Below, one piece after another: positions 24,401-35,502 of a stretch of DNA of 64,000 nucleotides. Numbering within the stretch: the first letter of the stretch is position 1; the number at the start of each line of letters is the position of its first letter. The notes beneath the pieces were generated by a model that was not told where the DNA came from, did not search any database, and was given only the letters and a program-made list of their open reading frames with translations. Location: the NCBI GenBank assembly GCA_002104905.1, contig MCFE01000032.1, positions 1 to 64,000 on the forward strand. Direction: 5' to 3'. A program made the translations under genes and the position numbers. The stretch is from Basidiobolus meristosporus CBS 931.73. Lineage: Eukaryota; Fungi; Basidiobolomycota.

Positions 24401-25144
24401 CACGAGTTAGAAGGTTACGAAGACACCCTTGCATCCTCGGTCCCTTGCAGATTCTTGGTGGAGATGCAATGGGAGAGAAAGAAGATATTCAAATGCAGGT
24501 GTCGTGTCATAGATATCCAGGAAATTACCTTGCGCACGACTTGTCTTAATTGTGAAAACATAGTTCGAGATGGTAAGTGTTTGTTGGGCTGCAGACAGAA
24601 GGAGGTGTCGATTTGCGGAGAAGCCAGAGTGAATGTGGAAGACGGCACGCTCGAGGCACAGGTGACGTTCCAGGATAAAGACGAGATCTTTAAATTATTG
24701 AAGCTGAGCAACCGAATGATGGAACGCTTAGTGAAAGCTATCCGGAGAGCAGGCGAGCTGTCGTACCGGATAACTCCTCATTGGCAAACCAATTTTGACT
24801 CGGAGTTGGCTTCTGAACATGAAACACTAATGATCGACATGAAGTCCGATGAGGAGCGTTTTCTACAGCATCTTTGTCTCGGAAGCAGAGTCAAAAATGA
24901 ATTGGTACTGTTTGTTCAAAAGATCACTGGAGGAGATGCCTATTCCAAGTCTGGGGAAGTCGAGGCAAGAGATGCCACGAGATCCAAGTATTATGTGAAG
25001 ACGGTTCGACTCAACGGCGCGACAAGCATCCAAACCTTGACTGCTAGTAAATTGGTGTTAAAAGCGGTGAAGGTACAGGAGATTACCACACTGGCAGAAA
25101 CACTGTTGGTGTTGAATGAGCTGGAGGGTCTTTTGCCAGCATAA
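21437..25144 (+). CDS. CTC1: CST complex subunit CTC1 (multi-OB-fold telomere C-strand maintenance protein), single 1235-aa ORF
   Basis: Segments matching metazoan CTC1 as I recall it: ITYTGQISQVIDMVLGIFVLDEKYLLYL...LRIGTAIRLFNVH, RDLYREFFEHHQHC, VDLYLD...FPLGAIPG...CSESGNVY...STYI, the zinc ribbon CLNCENIVRDGKC, and VNVEDGTLEAQV. Confidence 0.88.
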   Translation: MGPFKVIQVNDLITFRGNKRPLDSSESKFPFYPVLFGIVSLDTHNVSPYCKTLVFQDSSGTVRCYCPTYDETWLQRKVCLYSWNIVPLSHDMDRKRDPLSIALELLESPIAIDTDRFLQFASRPFSLNELRQLQVPELPVHFDPLLLSDCKAVTVLQLHQQFSSNVSPTPLDIENARNIFLYARVKSKSVLHRKKHSTTCFFLELEEAAVHNFPGSTVHLVFKGPYVIGQFYRMEVNEVYLFANLKVQTIFSRKPYARKVLAFDNQATKVLHATHPLVGTYLKKYSSQSPDRHRPGQDPALIDPHYTWTHVPPEKSSIIRGAVITYTGQISQVIDMVLGIFVLDEKYLLYLSHDPSFAPFSGLRIGTAIRLFNVHILVFNKASETCQVYFKRFLSAPPNYAIFVACTYSTVNIVTFSEKEVVARLPKFGSKFAPPRSRTRFNTIDLIHYQTLYYRMKDKFPGAFEDAHLLGPVDSGDHHQSGSDPNSSLLVLLLSRLGYTPYTRDLYREFFEHHQHCSTCVERYPTFSFPMLKEVLEKVGQCNGDGALGVEGVAIENKVSIRILRNTDEALNKTSLLGVLQGAPNGELQLSDLSGEVYATMLTDKEGRSEELRPEFLNNVWVIPEYEVVIENLGINLAHAEERLARTYVRFDISHAFCISKHGLEKPLIGPFPDEQQRHYLFRVKHIFPVKISFGVNNEAELSTLVEGTGQEIQPDAVPSRHLDAAATARPMFLRFTSDSMNLFPGLQIEQMYLCRNIIPFIEPGAADENPDKVEPSKPRRVSRSHPTKFNAFLVKAFSRIERVTIPTEASKAGPDQQAASAPEHMDPNKDTLDPSAEPIMEVSEIYALFEDSSAQEGVNQGLREAGKAGKMISFRGKVLKKEVKPSKARSFYTNEWHLFAFQNFGIGTGKGKQTLLLKIQDLANTTAVDLYLDLDKFVFPLGAIPGQIITVRKAALKCSESGNVYTIFTPSTYISTGTQRPIPTSMLHELEGYEDTLASSVPCRFLVEMQWERKKIFKCRCRVIDIQEITLRTTCLNCENIVRDGKCLLGCRQKEVSICGEARVNVEDGTLEAQVTFQDKDEIFKLLKLSNRMMERLVKAIRRAGELSYRITPHWQTNFDSELASEHETLMIDMKSDEERFLQHLCLGSRVKNELVLFVQKITGGDAYSKSGEVEARDATRSKYYVKTVRLNGATSIQTLTASKLVLKAVKVQEITTLAETLLVLNELEGLLPA

Positions 25145-25741
25145 CATATGCTGTGTCTGGCCACGAATCGATCTACCTTGCTCTCTTGTTATATTTGTAC
25201 TTTTAGTTTACATAGATGCGACAGTGCTTCAATTCCTATGCATCGATTGTGTTGCGGTGATTGAATTAAACCAATTCTCCTCATGACCACCTTCGCTTTC
25301 AGAACAAACACCCGACAAGTGTTCGCTGGTCGGCGTGGATGAATGTAAAGACCTGAGGATGCGAGGTCAGGCTACGATGCCGAATACACGGCCAGTGCTT
25401 TTGCATCATCTCCAAGCACAGCACCGCATACTACTTTCCGAGTATGGAAAATTGCTTGAAGTGGCAAATGCCCTCGATTTGTGCTGGCCACGGCCAATCA
25501 TGGCATGAAGAATCAGATGATGTACGCTCTGCCGCTGAGCAGCGCGTTATCTGAATCTCACCAGCACTCATGATGTAGATGAGAATCCAAGACTGGAATG
25601 GAAAATGGAAATATTGGATAAGGGATTGTCTAGGAATGGCATGAATATCATGTGTGGGCACTGGTTTGGGTTGTTATTTGCCGGCTATATATATGTCGTT
25701 TGCGGCCAACCTTCGATGTTCTACCCCTTTTCCTTTCGACC

Positions 25742-26785
25742 ATGGACACAGTACGTCAATTGTTTTTCAACACCTTCACCGTCGTTGTTGAGCCCCTACT
25801 CTTTCAGCTATCCAGCTACCAGCCCTCGGACCTGACGTACGGGCGTAGCGTTGTTCCTTACAACGAGCACGAGCTGAAGCTCCACTGCAAAGATTACATC
25901 CATGAGGAGCACAAGATCGACTTCAAGTCGGAGTACATTAACCCGAATGTAACCTCCTTCATTTATTACCAGACCATTCAGTCGACAAAGGTCACACCGA
26001 GAAACACTGACATCGTGCTTGTACACGGGCTCCACGAGTACGGCGGCAGGCTATTGGAGTTTGCTCATGGCTACCTCGAGCATGGCTTCCGCCTGGTTGT
26101 CCTGGATCTGCCTGGGTTCGGAAGATCCAGCGGCCTGCCGGGTTATTTCACCAACACCAGGGTGTTTTCGGAGGCCGTCCACACGGTTGTTCAAGATCTG
26201 AAGGCGCGAAACACTGGAGCGGAGAGAAAGCTCTTCGTTTGTGGCGGCTCATTGGGTGGGTACGTTTCCTTGAGATATGCCCTTGACCATCCGGAAGGTC
26301 TGACTGCCATCGCGGTCCAGGCTCCCTTGATCTACGTATCGCCTGAGAGCAGGCCTCCGAAGGTGGTGGAGTACATTGGCCAGCTGGTGCTGCCGATTCT
26401 TGGAAGACTTCCTATTGTTGAGGGGAACAAAGGGAAGAATTCTAGTGATCCGCGTGTTGACGAGGAGTTCGAGAACGATCCCATGGGGTACCACGGGAAT
26501 GTGCGAGTCGCCTCGGGATTGTCCATGCTGAGCGGGATTGAGGCACTCCGCCAAGACCTGGAGAAGTTGAACGTTCCTTTTTTGGCCCAGCATGGTGACC
26601 ACGACCGAGCCACCAACTACCATGGGTCCATTGAGTTGATGGAAAAGGCCAAGCTCCCGGACTCGAAAAAGAAGCTCATCATCTACAAGGGGTGTGAGCA
26701 CGACATGTTCCGGGACGCCCAGGGCCCCGATGTACTAAGGGATCTTATGGACTGGTTGGTTGAGCGCGACAACGAAAGCAACTAG
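25742..26785 (+). CDS. Alpha/beta hydrolase, monoacylglycerol lipase/lysophospholipase family (Hydrolase_4)
   Basis: VHGLHEYGG, LDLPGFGRSSG, nucleophile elbow GGSLGG, QHGDHDRAT and C-terminal EHDM. The start could also be the upstream ATG at 25652. Confidence 0.9.
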   Translation: MDTVRQLFFNTFTVVVEPLLFQLSSYQPSDLTYGRSVVPYNEHELKLHCKDYIHEEHKIDFKSEYINPNVTSFIYYQTIQSTKVTPRNTDIVLVHGLHEYGGRLLEFAHGYLEHGFRLVVLDLPGFGRSSGLPGYFTNTRVFSEAVHTVVQDLKARNTGAERKLFVCGGSLGGYVSLRYALDHPEGLTAIAVQAPLIYVSPESRPPKVVEYIGQLVLPILGRLPIVEGNKGKNSSDPRVDEEFENDPMGYHGNVRVASGLSMLSGIEALRQDLEKLNVPFLAQHGDHDRATNYHGSIELMEKAKLPDSKKKLIIYKGCEHDMFRDAQGPDVLRDLMDWLVERDNESN

Positions 26786-27382
26786 ATGTCGTTGCAAAGG
26801 CTTGCTCTCCGTGCGGAGGAGGCGGCATATTCTCCTGCTCAGGTGTCTTGTATGTCTGCTCGAATAGGTCATAAATAACTACCTGTCGACGAGGAAATCT
26901 CAATCATTGTTGCCAAGACGGCATTGCCCCGACTGAATGTTAAGATTCACGCACCAATTGAAGCAACTCCACAATAAACTTGCCAATGCATCGTTGGAAC
27001 AAGATCAGCCCAGCAGCCCTGAGCGTGACAGGTGGCTTTGTTAGTATAGGCCGAGCGTCTACATCATTTTGTGCTTGGCGGTCATGGGTTGTGGTTGGTG
27101 TGGATGTTGGCCATTCAGGTCCTGAGGGCCGTGTTCATCTGGATTATATTGCCTGAAGTGTCATCCAGCTGGATGCGCAAGCCGAAGTCAAGAGATGGGA
27201 GGAGGGTCGTGGGTGCGCCACTTCTGGCAACCAATAGACCACAGATGATTTATTCTATTGAGTGGCTGCTGAATACAGTATTCAAACCAGTGCTTGATCT
27301 TACATAGAATTGTTCGGATAACAACCATGCCCGCGGCACTTCTGCCAGTACGCTCTGTCGGGACGCCAAGTCCAGACGGTCT

Positions 27383-28625
27383 CTAGACCGCAACAAAGTG
27401 TAGTAGCTCCCTGATACTGTCGTCAACTGTGGCCATTTCCTTGTACTGGGTGGGTTCAGAGCCATACGTGGTAGGATGAATTAGTCCTAGCAGCGGGGAG
27501 ATAACACAACGGGGATTACCTTCAGGAGGATCGGTTTTTCGAACCGACAGGATATCACTTCAAGGAAGTTTACCAAGTTCACCTCAAACGCTTTCAATGG
27601 GTAGGTCGAGTCGAGGTAATCCACCAGCTCCTGGAAACTGGAGGAGTCGTCCCCCAGCAACTGCAGCTACCAAACCAAATATCCCTGGTGAGAACCACCT
27701 CATGCAGCCACGCAGCTGGCCGACTTGTAAGAAATACCTCTTGTTTGCGCTCCTGACATTCCTCGAAATAGATACTCAGCTGCTTGCTTTCTCGCCATAG
27801 CATACTGTTGGGATTGGTGCGATACTTGAACACGCTCTCCAGCACAAAGCCCAGGTTTCGCTTATCACATATCCAACTCTCTATGACCGCCTGTTTGATT
27901 GATAACATCGATCAGCTCGCCAGTCTTCGTGATGCTTCGGGAGAGGGGTATAGTGTCACGCCTTACCTGAGTCTGAAATTCCAGGAATAAGTCATACCAC
28001 GTCGACAGCACCGAAATCTCCTCTTCCTCCGATTCTCTGAGCACCTGCTCGTAGATCAGCTGGGAAACCTTGAGAAACAAGGGAATGCTTTGCAACAAGC
28101 CCGAACGCTTGCTAAAGTAACTGGCTTCGCCCACGCAGCGCTTACACTGGCTATCCCGGTGTAGTCTACAGAGAAATCCTCCAGCAGCAGGCCTCTCCCT
28201 CTCCCCCTCGGTCGCATCGGGAGGTGTGCGTTCCACCCTGAGCTCTTCGTCTCCCCTCCCAAACGCCATGTTCAAGCATTTGGTCAGGTACTGGCGGAGA
28301 GAGAGCTGCGGGATGTGCTCGAAGGAGATCTTCCCATGTTCCAACAGGGCTGGGTTAAGCGGAAGGGGATTTTTAGGGTACAAACTGGCACTGGAGAGAG
28401 GTGGTGCTGAAAGGGCTTACCACGAATGACGGTGACGAGTTTCTCCGACGAATTGAGGATCTCCACGATCTTGTTGTACGTAGAGGTCTCCTCCTCCAAG
28501 GTGTGGGCTTCGGATAGGGCAAGGCTGGCTTGTTTTAAGCGGAGTTCGGTCAACTGATGGAGCAGGTATTCCAACACCATCCCATTGAGTAACCCCTCTT
28601 CTTCAGGGCTGTGCTTGCTCTTCAT
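27383..28625 (-). CDS. Conserved-looking hypothetical protein, multi-exon
   Basis: Spliceable exons MKSKHSPEEEGLLNGMVLEYLLHQLTE..., ...WYDLFLEFQTQ/AVIESWICD..., LDSTYPLKAFEVNLVNFLEVISCRFEKPILLK and a last exon YKEMATVDDSIRELLHFVAV*, with GT-AG junctions. Confidence 0.7.
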
Positions 28626-29246
28626 GGTTGCGGTGAGTTGGGAACAGCGCGTGTGGCTAAGCTGGAGCTGGACGCGTGAGCCGCAGGGAGCTGGCGTGAT
28701 GAGGGATATCGCTGGACGTTCTGATTGTTTCCACTCTGCTGCGATTGGAGGGGACAGGAGCCAAATCTAAACATTGGGATTTAGTGATTGAATCCACGAT
28801 CATACGATCCCTCCGTCACCATCGCCATTGTTATCGCCCTACATGGGACATTGGATCATGGCTGACTCTCCAACGCCGTGTTGCTGGTTGGATCCCCGCA
28901 ACCAGGTTCCACACACGGCGTACTTATCGCCTTCCAGCGGTCTACACATGACACACACCATTGTGACAAAGACGGTTGGTTATCAAGGGATCAGACATAA
29001 AGAACCAATGGTTGATCTGGGAAGTTTAGTTGGCCATCAAATGTAGTGGGTCACGAGGTTTTCTGAACTAGACATCTTGTGCCAGGTGGGTGTATCTTGG
29101 GCCATAGGGGTTACTGGGTAGTGGGCGCTGGGGTAATAAGTTGAAGGGCGAAGTAGTTCCGAGATAAATAACTTCAGGCCTCAGAGAATCAAAAGGTCTA
29201 GCTTCTATACGACTAAATTGCTGCCACTCGAATGCCAAAAGTGGAC

Positions 29247-29280
29247 GGGGTGGGGACAGGGGTGGGGACAGGGGCAGGGG
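29247..29280 (+). repeat. G-tract tandem repeat (GGGGTGGGGACA)x2-GGGGCAGGGG, a potential G-quadruplex
   Basis: Six G4 runs with 1-3 nt loops, directly visible just past the DDHD gene stop codon. Confidence 0.7.
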
Positions 29281-29313
29281 CATGGAGTGGGAGAGGGATA
29301 AGGATTAGGGTTT

Positions 29314-31540
29314 CTAACGAATCCGTTTCAGGATGTGGTAGGCCACATCTCGGTTATTCCAGTAGGAAAAGTGCGCGCGCGATCCCAACACGTACTGGTG
29401 GGATACATAATCCATGAAATTCCCTTGCAGCACAAAGTCTACCCGATGCTTGATGTGGGGGTGCTTCTTGAAGGGCAAGGGATCCTCGGTGGTCGAGCTA
29501 GATTCGACGGTCCCACAGCTAGAATCGACGGTCACCTCAAACATCGGGGATAAGGTGTCGGCAACTGTCAACCCACCGTCGGTCTCAACGTAGAGCTCGT
29601 TAAAGATCGTCTCCATCGTTTCCACTGGGCTGTCCATCAAGTCAGCTTCAAGCACAGTCTCGGGCTGGTCTGAGAATTGATAGCACACTTCTTCCCGGTT
29701 TTCCTCCTCCGGTGCCTCCCTACTGGCCAGCCCCGGAAGATTCGAGGACATCCTTTTCAAGGCCCCAAAGAACTTCTGAGTTGCTTGTCCCGCCGTATTC
29801 AGCGGAACCCACGAAGCAGCGGTGGTGCTCGCAGCATGATCCTCCGAAGAAGTGATCATAAAGCTGGACATCAGCTCCCGGCCGTTTTCACAATAATAAA
29901 TGGACTCGCTTAGTGGACCATCGCCCCCGTCTTGGACGTGCTCCTCGCCATCCTCAGGGGCATCCGGGTAGCCGGATTCCTCGCTCATATCCATGTGAAC
30001 GCTCAAATGGCTCTCCACCACTTCAGCGACACCTTGGCTCGACTCGAGGGATGGGGAACCCGTGTCTCCTGCTACCATATTGGTCCGGTTGGAGGACTCG
30101 GCTTCCAAGGGCTCGTCTTGAGCGCTCGACTGCGGCAACAGGGTGATGACATCCACCCCAAGCTCTTTGTCCTCCTGGATCTGCATGACCCTTTTGGTGT
30201 CCTTGAATGTGATTCTGTGGCCTTGCTTAAAAAAGCTCTTCGGAAGGAATATCGCGTTCTGGCGAAACTGTTGTACGTAGGACATGAGCTCCAAGACCGC
30301 ATTGAATTGCCGGTTGATGCCGCTCAGCATCTTGTCGATCATCTGGGGAGGACTGACCGAGGGAAACGCGGGTAGCGTTAACCGAGAGGTGACATTGACA
30401 AACACGAAGTCCTCATACGAAGGCATCTTAAAAGGGAACAGGGTTCTTTCCTGGCTAGTGTCAAGCGGATGTGGGCTGATTTCCTTGTACCTGTCCTCTA
30501 TCAGCGGCTCCACGCGATAACCCTGATTTAGACATAAACCGATGATGGTGAGCACTGGGTACTAGGATGATTGACGGGGAGGGGGTTGGAGCCAGATACT
30601 TACAACGGGGTCGTACGGGTGGAAGATGTTGTTGAAGGTGCAGCCTTCGGGAACCTGGTAGGACTCGAATCTTTGGTTCCTCAGGACCATCATGAATCCG
30701 ATCGGGCTACCCAAGGCAAAGAAATTCGAGGGCTGAAACTTCAGCCTAGGAACCTCGAACAGGATTTGGCTGTAATCCCCTGCGTTCGCCTTCATCTCCT
30801 GGTGGGCAAGTATATCGTAACAGCATACCCCGCCCAGACTGTAGCCCACCAGTGAGAAGGTCCCCTCGTAGTCGGGATGGTCTTTCATGAACTTCTCGTA
30901 GGTGTTGTTGAGTGCGTGGGCCACCGTTTCCACGATCACTTGGCCATACGGCTTGGAGCAGTAGAACAACACGTCAGCGAGGATGTTGTTATTGACGCTA
31001 CGCATGAATTGGCAGGTCGGTAGACTAACGTTGTTCAGGTCACTGTTGGAAAGAGGTGTGAGCTCTTGCGGTAAGGGGACTTGGACCTGACGTCCAAACA
31101 AACTTACTTGTCCACTATCTCGTGGAGTACGTTGTGCCACTCTTGTGTCAAACCGAGATGAGTTATGGTCCGGCTATGGTGCACGGAAAGTGGGACCACC
31201 TACCTATGGGGAATATCTCGATGGCTCCGTACTCCTCGAACTTTTCGTTCTGCACTTCGGCCAAGCTACCTTTTAGGTTTTCGACTGGAAGAGAGGGGTT
31301 ACTGGTGGTACAGACAAGAGCCGTAACGAACATGGGTATTTACGGTGATTGAGAAAGTAGCCACCATTTCCTATGCTGGGCCCTATCCCATGTACAACAA
31401 ACATCACATGTCGAACTACAAGAGGTCACCCAACGGGGGGGGGATTAGTCAATTATAGGTCGAGGTTCGACTTCACCGCACTCCATCCTACCTGGGACGT
31501 CTCGTTTTTGAAACTCATCGAACAGACTCTGGGTCAACAT
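29314..31540 (-). CDS. DDHD-domain intracellular phospholipase A1 (Ddl1/DDHD1-like), multi-exon
   Basis: MLTQSLFDEFQKRDVP/VRHVMFVVHGIG, lipase motif GYSLGG, FFALGSPIG, NIFHPYDPV, YRVEPLI, and C-terminal SRAHFSYWNNRDVAYHIL. Confidence 0.9.
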
Positions 31541-32399
31541 GTATGGTGCGCTTGAAGGCTACGGTGGGTGCGGAAGGGAAATCGGGTCGCAAGGAAAGGG
31601 GGGGTTCACGAGTGTTTGAGTGGGCGGGTGTGTTCTGTGGTTAAGAGGTAGGTTGAGGTTTGTAGGGACTGCGTTTTCAATGGTGTGGCCGATTAAAAGC
31701 GGGAGGTGAATGGAAGGAAGTACAGGTGCGAGATGTCCAGTGCTTGAGGGGATGTGGAACCCAAAATCGGCGCTGCCATGTGTTTACCACCAACACTATG
31801 ATATCATCGGAATGTTGGTCAGGTGCTCAATAAACCTCCGTAGTTGTGAGGATCGTGGAAAACAATGGGATCACGCTTCCCTTGTAGAGATGTTCGTTAG
31901 CGGTGTGATTGTGCAGCGAGCAAGGGGAGGTCATCACTGGCCAATCAGGAGGTCGGGAAAGCAGTCTTGATTCCACCACCAGTGAGTTCATCTGTCCCAA
32001 GATCTCGATCCACGTTTGCTCCTGTCGCCGTTGTCGATTACTAAATCAATCAGCGACTGGCGTGATTCACTAGTGGGGCAATCTCAGAGAATGATTGGTA
32101 TCATACTCGCTTATTAGACCTCCTCTGAATGACTGGTTTTATTCAAGTCGCAGAGATGAGGATGGCTATGATGATCATATGTTACTAACTGAATCCGCTT
32201 ACCAGTGAAATGTGCTGGATTCTCATGTGTTGCAGTTGACCACAGGTGCATATATCATACTCTGACCAAGTGACATGTGGCTTTCGAGTACCAACTTCAG
32301 TTCAATCCAATCATCAGTACTCTTTTAGCGTTGTGGTATATAAATGGTTAAAGTGTAAGATAAATATTTGCAACCGCAACCATACCAGCAGTTCTTTTC

Positions 32400-34115
32400 A
32401 CTTAAGATATATCCAATATTGCTAAGTTATGAATTCCCCCCCCCAAGATTTAGTTTGCAAGATACTGTCTAATTCTTAGATTTCCAACAGTCAGGAAGCT
32501 GACAGTATTTCAAACTTGTCCAAAAGCCTCCAAACATTGCACACAGCTTCCTGGGGCCTTTCTTTAAACATTCTGTCATTAGCTTTATAAAGTTTCCCTA
32601 AAAATGAAAATACTTTATTTGAACTCAATAAAACTGGTGTGTATCATGCAATTCTTCTAGTTCCCCAATTCACTTCCAACACTTCCTAAAATCTTGCAAT
32701 GGGTTGTGTACTCCAGGTTTGCTGTTCTTGGTTGTCCATCTTGTGCTTCTGAATACTGCCACTAGTCTGGAGAAAGACTGCCCTGCCTATAATACCATTC
32801 TGATGTCAAATATTACAGCTCTTACTACATGTACTATGCTCATGGGATATTGCTTTGTAGACAATGTCTTTGTCTTTCAGAAGCTCTGAGAAGGTCTACA
32901 GTCAAACCAGAAGGTGAAGAACTAATGAAAAAGAAAGCAAAGAAGTACCAAGGGTTGATATGCCCCTATGAAAAATAATTGTAATGACCCTGTCAAAGGG
33001 CTGTCACAAAATTTAAATCCTGTGACTAAGAGGTATTGATCCTGTCATGATACCATGCAAAGACTGTTAAACAAAATTGCACCCCAGATTTCATCAAACA
33101 TTGGGTCAAAATTTCTCATTACACCAATACACAAGTGGGTTTTAATTGGTTCTCTGTCAATTCTCTCACTTTCTGATCCCAGACACTCAATCAGCTCCTA
33201 CATTTGTGTACATTGATTGGCTATTACCTCTTTTCACACTCACTTCATGACTCAACCAATGCTCTTACTTTACATGCATACAAATTGGTTTTTTTTCATT
33301 GAAGCTTCAGTTGTAACTCAGTTGCCAATTGAACTGACCTATACAAACCCCTATACCTAATGCTAACATTAAGCTCAAACCCACACTCAACAAGTTACTC
33401 CATTGAAATCCATCATTCAATTAGTGTTTCTGCTGTAGCACCCTTTTTTCACAACTTTGGTGGGAACCCTACAGCTTTATGCCATTGTTTGTTCACTGGT
33501 TCCCATACATCCCAGTCTTTAGCCAGCACTGCAAGGTCTAGCACCTCATCTGCCAGTCTTTGCAATATCCAAGTGTGTTTTCTTGAGCACTGCTCTTGGA
33601 GTAGTGCTGCAACCTCTTGGTGTGCCTATTAATGTTCCAAAATTCTACTGTAGGCATTGTGATAGTCTTTTGAGTTCTTGATTTTATTGCTTTGTTTGTC
33701 TATGGGATCTCCACTCTGTCTACAATAGAGGACATGGAGGCTGTGGTAAATAAATTGCCTTTCTCTGCAAGCTCATCTACCTTACTGAAGTATTGCTCCA
33801 CTGGCTGCACCTTCCCCTCTGGTGAAAACAGTAGTTGTCTACTTAGTAATTCTTCTTGGCTAATGTGGGATTCAGCCTGTTCTGGGCTGATGGCATTAAC
33901 TGATGAGAACTGCAGCTTTTTTTGCATGCTTCCCAGTCTCTGGCTTGGTTAAACTTTTCACCTTTCTCTTTATCACTGCAAGGTCTCTCACTGCTACTTT
34001 GACTGACTGCTACTTGTATTATATTATGTTTTTTCCTTAATAAGTACTGCACTGGTGCATCTCTTTTTGCCTGCTTATCCCTTACCAGCATTCTTCTGGC
34101 TACCTGACATTTCTT
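32400..34115 (-). mobile_element. LINE-like remnant: end of ORF1 and start of ORF2 (AP-endonuclease region plus linker)
   Basis: Homologous to 59962-61000. The decayed frame has MPTVEFWNIN... (EEP motif I-like) and a RKAPGS motif near 32550. Confidence 0.55.
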
Positions 34116-35010
34116 TGCTATGTAAAATATGCTTAGGAAGGTCTCAAAACATGGGCACAAAGTTTGGGGCTGTTAAGACAACTTTGAGAATTTTCATGTT
34201 CTGGATACCTGATGTTCTGGTAAAATATTTTAAGTAAGCCCCAACAAGAAATTTGGTCAGTATTCTCTAAGATTTGCAGTTAATGATCTAAGTGACTAAG
34301 TTAGGTTCAAATTTAGGTGGAATCACAAATTTTTACAATGCTCCCACTCAACTGAATGTTTATACTGGCCAGTCCTAATTTTGACCTAAGATATCCAAAT
34401 TTGTCTCTAGCTAATGGTTTAGTAGATATGTCTACAATCACTTCATCTGTAGGACAGTGAGCCAAGCTAGCTAAGTTGTTCTCCATTGTCTTACATATGA
34501 GATGATATCTAATATCTATGTGCATAAATCTAACATGAAAAGTTGAATTTCTACCTAATTGTATAAATCCTTAATTATCTTGAATCAAAGTAGTAGGCAC
34601 TTTTTCACATAAGCCCAAGTTTTAAAAAGGCTTTCTGATCCACATTACTTTTTTTGTAGCTTCACAGGCTGTCATATACTCTGCTTCTGTGGTGGAAAGT
34701 GCTACAGTTGGTTACCTTCTAGAATTCCATGAAATTGCTCCTTTACAGTAAACAAAGGTGTATTCCATGGTGGATCTTTTGTCTTCTAACTTTTGTCCCC
34801 TATCAGCATCAAAATATTCCACAAGATCTGATTCTGAATCCTTTTAGGTGTACCTTAAGCAGCTTTGAGCAGTTCTCTTTGGGTATATAAAGTCTGCTTA
34901 ACTGCTGCAATATCATCAGATCCATAATTCTGATAATGCTGGCTGACAACTTCCACTGAATAAGAGATATCTGGATGTGTTCCAGGCATTATATACATCA
35001 GACTGCAAAA
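34115..35010 (-). mobile_element. Ty1/Copia 3' fragment (RT end, RNase H, PPT, truncated LTR family A)
   Basis: ALSTTEAEY and HIDIRYHLI...DISTKPLARDKFGYLRSKLG; PPT GAGTGGGAG at 34341-34349; LTR 34340 down to ~34115. Confidence 0.9.
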
Positions 35011-35153
35011 AAAATTGTAGGGGAATTTTGGGCTTTTGGAGGCATGAGTCTTATATTAAAATGCCAGCAGATGTGTGTAAGAAAAAATATAACAAAACAA
35101 GTATTGAAACCAAGCATGAGCTCAGATACCATATGCTGAATGAGAGTATAATT

Positions 35154-35502
35154 GGTTGTAAAAATTTGTATTTCCACCGAAATACTCACCTAACTTAGTC
35201 ACTTAGATCATTACCTTCATATCCTAGAGAATACTGACCAAATTCCTTGTTGGGATTTACTTAGAATATTTTCACCAAATTACCAAGTACCCAGAACATG
35301 AAAATTCTCAAGGTTGTTGAAACAGCCCCAAACTTTGCCCACATGTTCTTAGGACCTTCCTTAACCTATTCTATGTGTTTGTTATGCCAAGACTATGTAA
35401 AAGTATAAATACTACTTTTACATTCAATAAATCACTAAGTGAAAACCACATAATCTACTTGTTCTCCCAATCACTTCCAACATCTCCAAGATTCTTACAA
35501 CA
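35154..35502 (+). repeat. Solo LTR, Copia family A
   Basis: (G)GTTGTAAAA...TCTTACAACA termini; flanks TAATT/TAATC (near-TSD); homologous to 53571-53917. Confidence 0.85.

Noticed and set aside
25742-26785. GC-rich intronless hydrolase as a bacterial horizontal transfer
   Set aside because: The family is common in eukaryotes, neighbouring genes are similarly GC-rich, and other long intronless ORFs occur here; no evidence without a phylogeny.
31700-32150. Short ORFs upstream of the DDHD gene
   Set aside because: No motif or consistent exon chain; likely promoter or intergenic sequence.
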